IMG/VR virus record: IMGVR_UViG_3300030202_003189
Location: 1 to 64,000 of that record
Length of the DNA: 64,000 nt
Strand: one strand, 5' to 3'
In this document: one piece after another, positions 17,089 through 26,830 of the stretch
Position numbering within the stretch: the first letter of the stretch is position 1
Layout: every line of letters starts with the position of its first letter
The notes under the pieces: model-generated
The model's database searches: none
What the model saw: the letters and a program-made list of their open reading frames with translations, nothing else
Told to the model about the DNA's origin: nothing
Made by a program: the position numbers and the translations under genes

Positions 17089-17454
17089 ATGAGAGATTTA
17101 TTGAATAGATACAAACAATTACTAAACGAAGCAAAAGAATTATCTGGTGAAACTGAAATGGAAGAGTTTGCTGAGAAAAGAGGTTCTGGTGCTGAAAAGA
17201 TTAGTGATAGTGCTAAGGAAAAGGGAGGACTTTCTCTTTTAACTTATAATCACTTTAGAGTTAAATTACCTTATTACAAAAAAGCGGCAGAAGGTAAATT
17301 AAATATGGATACGGCTAAGAAAGAATATAACAAACATCTTGAAAAACTTTATTCTTCTACTAACGAAGATATGAATCTTAGTCAGACAGCCTTTCAGGAA
17401 TTAATGGGTAAAATTGAAGTGTTAGGAGAATTATTGTTGGAAAGTAACGAATAA
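17089..17454 (+). CDS. LxE-leader hypothetical protein
   Basis: MRDLLNRYKQLLNEA leader; TATTTATA at 17065. Confidence 0.85.
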   Translation: MRDLLNRYKQLLNEAKELSGETEMEEFAEKRGSGAEKISDSAKEKGGLSLLTYNHFRVKLPYYKKAAEGKLNMDTAKKEYNKHLEKLYSSTNEDMNLSQTAFQELMGKIEVLGELLLESNE

Positions 17455-17490
17455 CCTAAAAAAACCCCTTTTCTTTTATGGGTTGTAACG

Positions 17491-17498
17491 TATTTATA
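17491..17498 (+). promoter_or_regulatory. Putative phage late promoter TATTTATA
   Basis: TATTTATA-ATAT-ATG geometry. Confidence 0.6.
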
Positions 17499-17502
17499 AT
17501 AT

Positions 17503-20500
17503 ATGAAAAATAGGAAATTACTTAACGAATACTATTCTAACTGGAACGATGCATTACTCCTTAACGAACAACAAGTTCCGGGTGGTCCTGGTAACTATGG
17601 AAATGTTTGGGAATTTTGTGGTGTTACACCAGGTCCTCAGGGACAACTGGGGGCTACAGCATTTTCAATAGGACTTAATGCAGGTACTGTTCAATATGGT
17701 GATATTGCTGATGTAGATTATGGTGTTAATGGTTATTACCTGGGTATACCAAACTATTGGGTACCGGAAAAATGTAACGATCAATTATGTACTCAAGCTG
17801 ATGTGGGTAACGAATTTGAAGTTATTATCAAACCAAACCACTATCAAGCTGCAACATATCATCTTAGACTTGTATCCGTTGGACAATCTACACCAACTGT
17901 AACTAACGTCTGTAATTATGGTTCGAACCCACCAGCAACAAACATATATAATTGTCCTCATTATTATAATAACTTTGTAGATGGTAATTGCCTTCCTAGT
18001 CCAGAATATGGATGTACGGACCCGACAGCTACCAACTACCTTCCAACGGCAACAATGGATGATGGGTCTTGTGTCTATCCAATTCCTGGATGTACTGACC
18101 CGGCAGCTAATAACTATAACCCAAATGCCACGGTAGATGACGGAAGTTGTACTTTTACCGATATTTGTCATGGTGAGTTAAGTTGGATGATATGTGACCA
18201 AGGTAATTCCGGATACCCTCCGGGAAGTGGTCCTGTTTGGTCGTCAATGGGTCCTGGAACAGTAGCACCGACCCCAGATGGGTGTTTTCAATGTGATGGT
18301 CAAATGTGTACTGCCGCAGATATAGGACAACCTTTCCAACTTCCAAACTACACTGGAGGTGTGCCAACCACAGCTGTTGGTTTATTAGATTCTATTGCTT
18401 TACCTAAGTATATGCAACCTCAAGATATATATAACGCACAGGCTGCTGTTTGTCCTCCACCACAAGGATGTACTAATCCTCTTGCAACCAATTACGACCC
18501 ACTTGCTGTGGTAGACGATGGAAGTTGTATTATTCCTGGTTGTACAGATGTAAATGCAAACAATTATTTACCAAGTGCAACAATTGATGATGGAAGTTGT
18601 ACTTATGATGTTCTTGGATGTACTGACTCTACCGCCACAAATTACGACCCACTTGCTACCGTAGATGATGGAAGTTGTTATTGGGAAGGATGTACGGACC
18701 CAACTGCAACTAATTACGACCCTAACGCTACCGTAGATGATGGAAGTTGTATTATTCCTGGGTGTACAGACCCAGCAGCGACAAATTATAACCCTAATGC
18801 TACCATAGATGATGGAAGTTGTGTATTCCCAACTGTTGGATGTACCGATCCTACCGCAAGTAATTATAATCCTGTAGCAACAGTAGACGATGGTTCTTGT
18901 TACTGGTTAGGTTGTACCGACCCAGCGGCGACTAATTACGACCCTAACGCCACTCAAGATGACGGTTCTTGTATTTATCCAGTTTATGGTTGTACAGACC
19001 CAGCAGCAACAAACTATAACTCCTTAGCAACAGTAGACGATGGTTCATGTGTTTATCCAATTCCTGGATGTACTGATCCGTTGGCTTTTAATTATGACCC
19101 AAACGCAACAGTGGATGATGGTTCATGTTTATATGATGGTTGTACAGATATAAACGCCACTAATTTTAATCCTAATGCTAACGCAGATTGTTCAGGTGTT
19201 CCAGGTGGTCCTGATACGAGTTGTTGTATATATCCAGTTCCAGGTTGTCCAGACCCTACTGTGGTAGGACCAATTGTTAATACAGGTACACAATTTTGTG
19301 TTAATGGTTGTGAAGTATACGACCCTCTTGCTATTGGATGTCCAGATAATAATGGATTGGTAGTACCGGGTGATACTAGTTGTTGTTGTTTTTTAGGTTG
19401 TACCGACGTAAATGCAACCAATTATGACCCACTTGCTTGTATCGACGATAACTCTTGTCAATTACCTCCTCCAATAAACTGTTCATGTTGTGAAGTAGGT
19501 CAACCTGGTACCATAAGTCAACCAGTAGGGATAATGATTAATGGTTGGACACCGGGTGGTTGTGCTTCCTTGAACTCCGCAACTCTTACAAATTGTGATA
19601 CGGCACAAGCGTTTGACCCAACTGATTGTGAACCAGACTGTACTACTTTTGATTTTTCAAGTGCTACCAATCTACCCAATTCTTTAGGGTCTACCTATAC
19701 CATGTTAAACGATGCTTATAATATGGGTTTACAAAATAGTCAAGCTTATGGGATAATGGATGGAAATAGTACTTTTTGTTACGAATTTTGTGTAGCTGGA
19801 GGTGGAACCCATTGGGCTTGTGATTGTTGTGGGGATATACATGATTGTGACCAAGATACGTATTGGCCAAAACCTTATGGATGTTGGACTTGTCGTGACG
19901 ATAATACTTGTGGTCAACCATCCCCAAGTTGGATGTCAAGTAATATGACTCTTAACTACTATAATAATCAAGCTGATTGTTTAGCCGATGCCCCAGTTAA
20001 TTGTCCTCCAAAACCTAGTTGTGATAATACCCCAGAATTTTGTTCACAAACTCCATCTTTAACTCCAGGAGGTTCATGTTGGATTTGTCATCACCAGACT
20101 GTTTGTTTACCAGTTTATGATTATTTAGAATACGGATCAGGACCTCCAGGGTCAACTGGAACTTATTCCTTTATGATGAATTGGTTAATACCACAAGGAA
20201 CAAACCCACAAACTTATAAAACTCCTCAAGGGAGTGATTTATTCTGTAACGCTCAAGATTGTGTTGCAAACTCTCCATGTACTGAATGGGATACTTGGAA
20301 AGCAGAAGATTGTGGACCACCACCAGGTGGGTGTCCTCCTAATGAAATTTGGTATCCTTACCCTAAATGTGAATGTGGTTTACCTAAGGTGATAGACCCA
20401 GTAGATAAAAAAAGACCTAAAGATAAGGAAAAGGAAAAAGAACTAGACGTTGAAAAAACTGATTCGGATCGTGAAAATAAAGAAACAATAAAGGAAGAAT

Positions 20501-20538
20501 TTAGTCGAATGAAAACTATCTGGAATTATAAGTTATAA
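17503..20538 (+). CDS. 1011-aa Cys-rich GCTD-repeat protein with LLNEQ leader and IKEEFSRMK tail
   Basis: About 13-14 GCTDPxAxNYxPxAxxDDGSC repeats plus Cys modules; no signal peptide. Confidence 0.9.
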   Translation: MKNRKLLNEYYSNWNDALLLNEQQVPGGPGNYGNVWEFCGVTPGPQGQLGATAFSIGLNAGTVQYGDIADVDYGVNGYYLGIPNYWVPEKCNDQLCTQADVGNEFEVIIKPNHYQAATYHLRLVSVGQSTPTVTNVCNYGSNPPATNIYNCPHYYNNFVDGNCLPSPEYGCTDPTATNYLPTATMDDGSCVYPIPGCTDPAANNYNPNATVDDGSCTFTDICHGELSWMICDQGNSGYPPGSGPVWSSMGPGTVAPTPDGCFQCDGQMCTAADIGQPFQLPNYTGGVPTTAVGLLDSIALPKYMQPQDIYNAQAAVCPPPQGCTNPLATNYDPLAVVDDGSCIIPGCTDVNANNYLPSATIDDGSCTYDVLGCTDSTATNYDPLATVDDGSCYWEGCTDPTATNYDPNATVDDGSCIIPGCTDPAATNYNPNATIDDGSCVFPTVGCTDPTASNYNPVATVDDGSCYWLGCTDPAATNYDPNATQDDGSCIYPVYGCTDPAATNYNSLATVDDGSCVYPIPGCTDPLAFNYDPNATVDDGSCLYDGCTDINATNFNPNANADCSGVPGGPDTSCCIYPVPGCPDPTVVGPIVNTGTQFCVNGCEVYDPLAIGCPDNNGLVVPGDTSCCCFLGCTDVNATNYDPLACIDDNSCQLPPPINCSCCEVGQPGTISQPVGIMINGWTPGGCASLNSATLTNCDTAQAFDPTDCEPDCTTFDFSSATNLPNSLGSTYTMLNDAYNMGLQNSQAYGIMDGNSTFCYEFCVAGGGTHWACDCCGDIHDCDQDTYWPKPYGCWTCRDDNTCGQPSPSWMSSNMTLNYYNNQADCLADAPVNCPPKPSCDNTPEFCSQTPSLTPGGSCWICHHQTVCLPVYDYLEYGSGPPGSTGTYSFMMNWLIPQGTNPQTYKTPQGSDLFCNAQDCVANSPCTEWDTWKAEDCGPPPGGCPPNEIWYPYPKCECGLPKVIDPVDKKRPKDKEKEKELDVEKTDSDRENKETIKEEFSRMKTIWNYKL
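18010..19458 (+). repeat. GCTD coding repeat array (about 26-27 aa unit)
   Basis: Counted directly in the translation. Confidence 0.9.
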
Positions 20539-20591
20539 TTAATGGATAGATTACATATTTATAATAAAGACCAAAATAAAAATTAAAAGAT

Positions 20592-21272
20592 ATGCCAGCA
20601 CCAGGGTTTGATAAATGGAGATTGTGTTCAGGAGGGAATAATGTTCCTGGTTCATCTATTGGAGATGGTTCGCAACCATCAGGACCGGAATTGGGATTAT
20701 ATATTGAGTATTTCGATGCTGTTAATGGTGTTGAGGGACAACATTGGTCAAATTCGGGTAGTGGAGTTGGTTCAGGTCAATGGGGGTCAGGTATAACATA
20801 CGACTCAATGATGAACTCTTCTGGTGTGAATTATCAACTAGGTTCACAAAAACCTAGTGCAGGGGAAGTTGTTGGTCTTTCAATTGGAGGACAATGGTTG
20901 GGATGTATGATGTATACAGGGAGATCTAGTGGTTCACCTTTTCCATCTTTTTATCCAGCGGCAACACCTGACCCAATTGGTCAAATTCCTCCAGGACAAG
21001 ATCATTATTGGGAACCGCAACAAGCAACTGCAAGTCAAGTATTCTCTGATTGTTATGGTTGTGTCTGGGGAGCAACGGACCCTGGTGGACCAATAGAAAC
21101 TGATTGGGAACTCGAAAATCCAGATTTAGAGTTTGTAAAACGACCTCCTAAACCAGGAAGTGAGACAATAAAAGATAGAGAACATAAAGAAGAAAAACCT
21201 TCAGGGGAAGGTAACGAAAGAAAAGAACTAAGAGAAGAAGTTAACAAAATTAAAAGATTGATTGGGTATTAA
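20592..21272 (+). CDS. Gly/Ser-rich protein with a Cys module and LREEVNKIKRLIGY tail
   Basis: Shares the W..C / P.xG / C..Y.G / DC..C module with the 9469 protein. Confidence 0.85.
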   Translation: MPAPGFDKWRLCSGGNNVPGSSIGDGSQPSGPELGLYIEYFDAVNGVEGQHWSNSGSGVGSGQWGSGITYDSMMNSSGVNYQLGSQKPSAGEVVGLSIGGQWLGCMMYTGRSSGSPFPSFYPAATPDPIGQIPPGQDHYWEPQQATASQVFSDCYGCVWGATDPGGPIETDWELENPDLEFVKRPPKPGSETIKDREHKEEKPSGEGNERKELREEVNKIKRLIGY

Positions 21273-21327
21273 CCTTTAATCTACGATTTTATTAACTTTT
21301 GATGTATTTATTATAAAAACATTTATT

Positions 21328-21933
21328 ATGGGAAAAAAAATTAGATTAACCGAAACAGAATTAACTAGAATAATCGCAGACCTAGTTAGAGAAGAAACAG
21401 AAAAAAGAAAAGGAAAGAAGGAGGGTCCAACTTCAAGAAAAGACTTAAAAAAACTTAGTAAAAAAGACTGTAAAAAACTAATGAAGTGTATGAATATGGA
21501 CTCTATGGATTCTATAATGAAAGGTTATTCTAAAATGTATAATGAATCCCCTAAATGGGCGAAAGGAAAATCTTTAACACCTTCTGAGTTCAAAATGAGA
21601 ATGGGTGATTTACCACCAGATGAAGATCCTAAACCAGCGGCTTGTATAATTTTAGCAATATTTAGTTGGACTATTGCGGCTTGGGCGTTCGCCACTTGGT
21701 GTGGTTGGGAACACTCTGACTCTAGATTAAAAGAAAATATAAATAGAACTGGAATTTCTAAATCTGGAATTCCAATTTATACATTTAACTATAAAAATGA
21801 CGATACTCTTTGGTCAGGTGCGATGGCACAAGATTTATTAAATATGGGTATGGAAAATGTAGTAAAGACTATGGATAATGGTTATTACTCAGTTAATTAT
21901 AATATGATTGATGTCGACATGACCAGTCTTTAA
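21328..21933 (+). CDS. LxE-leader protein with TM segment and C-terminal peptidase S74 intramolecular chaperone
   Basis: HSDSRLKENI..GIPIYTFNYK..GAMAQDL..GYYSVNY is the S74 signature. Confidence 0.85.
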   Translation: MGKKIRLTETELTRIIADLVREETEKRKGKKEGPTSRKDLKKLSKKDCKKLMKCMNMDSMDSIMKGYSKMYNESPKWAKGKSLTPSEFKMRMGDLPPDEDPKPAACIILAIFSWTIAAWAFATWCGWEHSDSRLKENINRTGISKSGIPIYTFNYKNDDTLWSGAMAQDLLNMGMENVVKTMDNGYYSVNYNMIDVDMTSL

Positions 21934-21961
21934 TAAAAATAAAAATTAAACAAAAACAAAA

Positions 21962-22354
21962 ATGAAAAAAATTAGACTTAGTGAATCAGACTTAACAAAC
22001 TTAATTGAAAGAGTCGTTAAAGAACAAGCTGCTCAAGTTGGTGGTTTTGGTTATGGGTTTGCTCCTGTAACAGAAGACACTGAAGGTGAAGAAACTTATA
22101 ACTATGGTGAATTAGAAGGAGCTGACCATAGAGAAGAAATGGGTTTAGAACATGAAATGGGTATGGCACCTGCTGATAGAATCGGTGAGATAGAAAAACA
22201 TTTAGACGCACTTAAAAAAGATATGTCTTATGATGAAAGTCATGAAGATAGAGGTGAAGCAAATACATCATTCGCAGAAAGTATGAGAAGAAAAGCTGCT
22301 AACTTAAGAGAGTCTAGAAGAAATCAAAACAGAAGAATCAGAAGAAGAAGATAA
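21962..22354 (+). CDS. LxE-leader acidic protein with Arg-rich tail
   Basis: MKKIRLSESDLTNLIERVVKEQ leader. Confidence 0.85.
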   Translation: MKKIRLSESDLTNLIERVVKEQAAQVGGFGYGFAPVTEDTEGEETYNYGELEGADHREEMGLEHEMGMAPADRIGEIEKHLDALKKDMSYDESHEDRGEANTSFAESMRRKAANLRESRRNQNRRIRRRR

Positions 22355-22355
22355 T

Positions 22356-23219
22356 ATGGCTAGACCAATTAAAATAAAAGAGAGTGATTTAACCAATATG
22401 GTTAAAAGAATACTCGCTGAAAAGGGAGTAAATGAAGCCATAGGAGGAGGTATGAGTATGAGTGGAGGAAGAAGACTTAATGAAGCACCATATTGTCCAG
22501 GAGGATGTGGTGAATGTGAATGTGTACATCATGGGAAGTTCGGTAGATGTGACTGTGATGGTATGATGGATAACTGGTGGGGTAATGACTGGGGTAAAGT
22601 TGCTGATGATGGAGGAGGAGATGATATTAAAATGGCAAAACAAAAAGAACTAAGAGAGTTCCATGAGTATTCAAAGAATAGAACAAACATAGAAAGATTC
22701 CTTAATGAAATGGAAGATAGAAAGATGGNNNNNNNNNNGATGGATAACTGGTGGGGTAATGACTGGGGTAAAGTTGCTGATGATGGAGGAGGAAATAAAG
22801 GACATAAAGGAAAAGACTATAAAAAAATTGACCATGCTAGAGGTAAGTTTGATGGGAGAGCATCTAAAGTTATAGGTGTTGACTCTGATATCGAAGACCA
22901 ACGTTTTGAAAAAAACATGAAAGAAGGTTATAGGAAATACGGTTGTAAGTTCTTACAAAGTCGTAAATCACTTAATGAGGACAAACTTACTCATTTGTAC
23001 GAAACAAATAGAGATATTAAAAAACAAAATATCCTGTCAAAGAAACTTAGATTTATAGAGTCTGCAATAAGACATAGTAAATGTGGAACAATCATAAGAG
23101 AACAAAAAGAAACAACTCCTAACACTAGAAACGATTATAGAAGAATAAGAAAGTTAATATATGAAAATATGGATTGGGACGCTGTAAGAAGAAATAACAA
23201 TAGAAGGATAAGAAAATAA
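22356..23219 (+). CDS. LxE-leader protein with Cys module and GCxFL domain (spans an assembly gap)
   Basis: PIKIKESDLTNMVKRILAE leader; YGCKFL; reading frame across the Ns uncertain. Confidence 0.65.
   Translation: MARPIKIKESDLTNMVKRILAEKGVNEAIGGGMSMSGGRRLNEAPYCPGGCGECECVHHGKFGRCDCDGMMDNWWGNDWGKVADDGGGDDIKMAKQKELREFHEYSKNRTNIERFLNEMEDRKMXXXXMDNWWGNDWGKVADDGGGNKGHKGKDYKKIDHARGKFDGRASKVIGVDSDIEDQRFEKNMKEGYRKYGCKFLQSRKSLNEDKLTHLYETNRDIKKQNILSKKLRFIESAIRHSKCGTIIREQKETTPNTRNDYRRIRKLIYENMDWDAVRRNNNRRIRK
22729..22738. other. Scaffold gap (10 N) flanked by an about 55-bp duplication
   Basis: Sequence at 22739-22792 repeats 22564-22618. Confidence 0.95.
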
Positions 23220-23224
23220 AAAAA

Positions 23225-24145
23225 ATGGGAAAAATTTATAACAATCCGATGAGTCGATTAAATGAGGCTAGAAATCATTATAAAGGACTATTAAATGAAG
23301 CACCTGGTTTTCCTGGTATGTGTTGTGATGGTGGACCTGATTGTATACCAGTTACTTTTTCTAGTGCTAATGACGATTGTAGTACTTTAATGATGGATGA
23401 CTGTGGTCATGCAGATTGTATGGGTGATGTAGGACCAAGTGGTCCACTTGGATTAGATGATTTAGATTTAGAAATAGATGATAATGATAATGAACTAGGT
23501 ACTTCTGCGGTTTCTTGTGATTTTTGCGATAATGGATTTCCTGTTAGTCAAATGTTTCCAGGACCTAATTGTCCTCCAAACATGATTCCTAGTGGTACTG
23601 GTGACCCTTGTGATGGAATAACACCAACTAGTGACCCATGTGCTTTCCCAGATATTTCTGGTCCTTGCGCAACACAAGCAAATTTAGCAAGTCAGTTTGT
23701 TAGTGGGGATCCTACTCAATTTTTAAGTAATATGCTTAGTTGGTATACAAACCCACCAAACCCGATGAATTACCCATATCATAGAGGTTGTAATTTCCTT
23801 GAAGTTGTAAGACAAAAACATTTAGGACATCTATCAACTGGAATAGTAATTAATACTAATAACCCTGCACCTGGGGTACCGATGGGTCCTGCTTGGATAG
23901 CACAAAAAACAGCTAAGGTAGCTTATTTAGATTGTGTTTTATCGGCGTTAAATGCTGATAACTGTTGTGGTAGTCCTAGTAACCCTAATGGAGGTTCAAC
24001 TGGAACGGGAACTCCAGACCAACCAATGGTATCCGCGATGATGGTGGGCAGTGGTAGAGATAAAAAATCAGCTACAGGTTCACCTTCAATGTCTTCAGTT
24101 GGAGGTACAAAAAGAGGAACAGAAAGAAAAGGAATGAGAAAATAG
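23225..24145 (+). CDS. LxE-leader Cys-rich protein with GCxFL domain
   Basis: RLNEA..LLNEA leader; RGCNFL...KVAYL. Confidence 0.85.
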   Translation: MGKIYNNPMSRLNEARNHYKGLLNEAPGFPGMCCDGGPDCIPVTFSSANDDCSTLMMDDCGHADCMGDVGPSGPLGLDDLDLEIDDNDNELGTSAVSCDFCDNGFPVSQMFPGPNCPPNMIPSGTGDPCDGITPTSDPCAFPDISGPCATQANLASQFVSGDPTQFLSNMLSWYTNPPNPMNYPYHRGCNFLEVVRQKHLGHLSTGIVINTNNPAPGVPMGPAWIAQKTAKVAYLDCVLSALNADNCCGSPSNPNGGSTGTGTPDQPMVSAMMVGSGRDKKSATGSPSMSSVGGTKRGTERKGMRK

Positions 24146-24167
24146 TCTCTATTCAAATATTATAATT

Positions 24168-24192
24168 AAAGACCTCTATCGAGGTCTTTTTT
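24168..24192. terminator. Intrinsic (probably bidirectional) terminator
   Basis: AAAGACCTC-TATC-GAGGTCTTTTTT. Confidence 0.85.
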
Positions 24193-24197
24193 ATTAA

Positions 24198-24344
24198 CTA
24201 AGAGTTAGTTTTACTAATACGGTCGTCAAATCGTTTTTTCCAAACGGATTGTTCAACCGGACTTAATCCTTCATACCAATTTGGAAAGTCACCACCTTTT
24301 ATCGTCATATATTTCTCCCACACTCTATTTTTAATTTTTTCCAT
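24198..24344 (-). CDS. Small hypothetical protein (48 aa, not in ORF track)
   Basis: MEKIKNRVWEKYMTIKGGDFPNWYEGLSP...; ends at the terminator. Confidence 0.5.
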   Translation of the reverse strand: MEKIKNRVWEKYMTIKGGDFPNWYEGLSPVEQSVWKKRFDDRISKTNS

Positions 24345-24394
24345 AATTTTTTTTTATTAAATTTAAGTATATTATCTTATTAAGACAATGTTTA

Positions 24395-24402
24395 TATTTA
24401 TA
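24395..24402 (+). promoter_or_regulatory. Putative phage late promoter TATTTATA
   Basis: TATTTATA-GTAT-ATG. Confidence 0.6.
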
Positions 24403-24406
24403 GTAT

Positions 24407-25333
24407 ATGAAAAAATTTGTTACATTGAACGAAGAGGTGAGTAGAGTGAAAGTCCTAATGGGTCTTTTTGAAGAAGAGGTTATTTCAGTTTCTAGAGAAA
24501 CGGAAGAACGTTTAGTAGAGTTGTTTAGAAGAATAGCACCTAAATACGCCAGATATCTTACAATTCTTAATTTCTTTGACCCTTATAGTTTAGGTACAAT
24601 CTCTGAAGTAATCTTAACCAAATTATTACGGGATGAAGGGGTAGACGCGGAAAATGTTGGGGGTAGTCAAGGAGTTACCGATATAAAATTAGGTGATTCT
24701 AATATTAGTCTTAAAACAACTAAAGCTGGTACAACGATAGGACTAGGTTCTGACAGTGCTAATGTTAGTGGACAAGATATTAGAGATGTTGCAGAATTTA
24801 TGAATTCTTCTGATTTTGAACAATTATTTATCGAGAGTGGTTTAACCTTAGGAGAAATATTAAGTACTCAGTTACAAACACAAGGTTCTACACCAGAGAT
24901 AATGAGTAAAACTATGGATGGGTTAGAAAAAAGAATCGAGTCTATTATAAACAAAATTTCCGGAGAAAATAACGATGAAGAGTTTGTTTGGATTGAAAAG
25001 GTTTATGACGATGATTATTTAGCACAAATTATAATTCATGTTTCTAGTTACGATAGAGATAAAGTAAGAAATGAATTTTATAGTATGATTCCTTATACCA
25101 CAGGTAAGTCATGGGGATTACAAGATGAAAATGGTGTTAAAATGATACAAGCAGATTCTACAGCAAAAAAATTAAACATAAAACCAGCCTTTATTTACAA
25201 GACCACAACAGAGGATAAAAATATCCCTATCGATATCCCAGTTAAAGATATGAAAATTAACGACCCAAAGGATTATATAAGTGAAAAGATGTTTGATGCT
25301 TTAGATGCAATGTATCGAGAGTTATTTAACTAA
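24407..25333 (+). CDS. PD-(D/E)XK nuclease-like protein with LNEEVSRVKVLMG leader
   Basis: VTDIKLGDSNISLKTT active-site-like motif after E-VI helix. Confidence 0.6.
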   Translation: MKKFVTLNEEVSRVKVLMGLFEEEVISVSRETEERLVELFRRIAPKYARYLTILNFFDPYSLGTISEVILTKLLRDEGVDAENVGGSQGVTDIKLGDSNISLKTTKAGTTIGLGSDSANVSGQDIRDVAEFMNSSDFEQLFIESGLTLGEILSTQLQTQGSTPEIMSKTMDGLEKRIESIINKISGENNDEEFVWIEKVYDDDYLAQIIIHVSSYDRDKVRNEFYSMIPYTTGKSWGLQDENGVKMIQADSTAKKLNIKPAFIYKTTTEDKNIPIDIPVKDMKINDPKDYISEKMFDALDAMYRELFN

Positions 25334-25526
25334 ACAAAGATCTAAAAAAGGCAATAATAAACCATACTATACCTAAAGGCCAAAGTATAACACATAATAT
25401 TCTTTGTGAGTTATCCCACATAATATCACGTTCAAAGTTAGGGAAATTAATACGTCCAAGAAAACTAATTAAAAGGTCAACCAAAAAAGTGAAAACTACA
25501 CCAATAAAAAAATAAGTTAATATCAT
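25326..25526 (-). CDS. Small two-TM membrane protein
   Basis: 66 aa, hydrophobic. Confidence 0.7.
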   Translation of the reverse strand: MILTYFFIGVVFTFLVDLLISFLGRINFPNFERDIMWDNSQRILCVILWPLGIVWFIIAFFRSLFS

Positions 25527-25538
25527 ATATTAAGTATA

Positions 25539-26633
25539 CTAATAAATTTCCCCTTCACCAAACAAATCCTCTAGATATTCATTGTAACTATCTACAATTT
25601 CTTCATTCCCTTCATCTGGCCAATCCGGTTCTCCCGGAGTTAAATAACCTTTATGTGCTCTGATCAGGTCAAACGCTGTTGATTGTCCAGGGTCTTCCCC
25701 ATCTTTGGTTGCTTGCCACAATATGGTTGACATTAAATCGGTAACATCGTAAAAGGTTATTTTTGTGGAGTTCTCATTCTTAGGATCAACCTTACTTTCA
25801 CCGACAGGTTTACCAATCAAACCTTCTAAAGCATCACGATACATTTTTCGGTACTCATTCTCATAAACCCAATTATAACTATCACTGTATACCCACTCAA
25901 CTTCGTTTAGGATATCTGATAATTTATCCGAACTATCTAATAAAACAGTAAAATTATATTTCCTACTTTCCAAATCCTGAGAAGGGTCTAAAAACCTATT
26001 AAGTCTATCTGGAGTTAAGAAAAAACTTCTATCCCCTATTTTATCCGAGTCTACCCATGGATCAAACTCTTCTCTAAAAGTATCTATTTCTTCATTCATA
26101 TGATGTTTACCAACATACCTTACCAAACCAATAAAATTTTCTTCAGTCATCATGTCAACCAAATCCTCAGCATTTAGCTTTATAAAATTTAGTTCCATAG
26201 GCATTGCATCTGGGTCAAATACTATTTCCGCTATATCTTCAGAGTCACCAACAAAAAGCTCAGTTTGTTCATTTCCAACAATTCCTAAGATTATCCTATC
26301 ACCTTTCCTTGATAGTTCTATATTTTCCCACATAGGAAAAATCCAAGTCATAAATAAATCCATGTCTTCTTTTGAATATGTTGGTTTCCCTATTTGTAAA
26401 GCCTTGATTAAAAACATACCTCCGTGATAAACACGTTCTTGTAAATGTTCAAGAAATTCTAAACCTCTTCCTCTGTCATCAATGAAATGATAAAGTGATG
26501 CTATATCATAACCAAATAATTTAATTATTTCTTGGGCTTCACCATCTCTATACTCATCTTCGTAGAATAAGACATCAGTAATTTTATCAATAGACTTCCC
26601 CTCGTTTAATATTTTCTTAATTAGATACTTCAT
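25539..26633 (-). CDS. Acidic LxE-leader protein, probable paralog of a domain in the 42564 polyprotein
   Basis: MKYLIKKILNEG leader; TATTTATA upstream at 26638. Confidence 0.85.
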   Translation of the reverse strand: MKYLIKKILNEGKSIDKITDVLFYEDEYRDGEAQEIIKLFGYDIASLYHFIDDRGRGLEFLEHLQERVYHGGMFLIKALQIGKPTYSKEDMDLFMTWIFPMWENIELSRKGDRIILGIVGNEQTELFVGDSEDIAEIVFDPDAMPMELNFIKLNAEDLVDMMTEENFIGLVRYVGKHHMNEEIDTFREEFDPWVDSDKIGDRSFFLTPDRLNRFLDPSQDLESRKYNFTVLLDSSDKLSDILNEVEWVYSDSYNWVYENEYRKMYRDALEGLIGKPVGESKVDPKNENSTKITFYDVTDLMSTILWQATKDGEDPGQSTAFDLIRAHKGYLTPGEPDWPDEGNEEIVDSYNEYLEDLFGEGEIY

Positions 26634-26637
26634 TTAA

Positions 26638-26645
26638 TATAAATA
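26638..26645 (-). promoter_or_regulatory. Putative phage late promoter TATTTATA
   Basis: 4 nt upstream of ATG 26633 on the minus strand. Confidence 0.6.
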
Positions 26646-26830
26646 TCACATAAAACACAAGTTTTTTATTAACATTTTGGCCTTTTCCAAATCTCCGGCG
26701 TATATATATAATGCACAGGGGGAAAGGGGGTTAGAATAAAGAAAAAAAAGAGCGTTAATTATACACCTGTTGAGGGTGTTTTTTATTTTGTACCCATACA
26801 CTTTTCTCATAAAATCCCTATATTCTTATT

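Noticed and set aside
22564-22792. Apparent internal duplication MDNWWGNDWGKVADDGGG in ORF 22356
   Set aside because: The second copy starts immediately after a 10-N scaffold gap, so it may be an assembly artefact; the fused reading frame is also unverified
26645-26800. Possible small RNA ending at the CACC-TGTTGAG-GGTG T-tract hairpin
   Set aside because: Only a terminator-like hairpin and a purine-rich stretch are visible; no convincing promoter or structure
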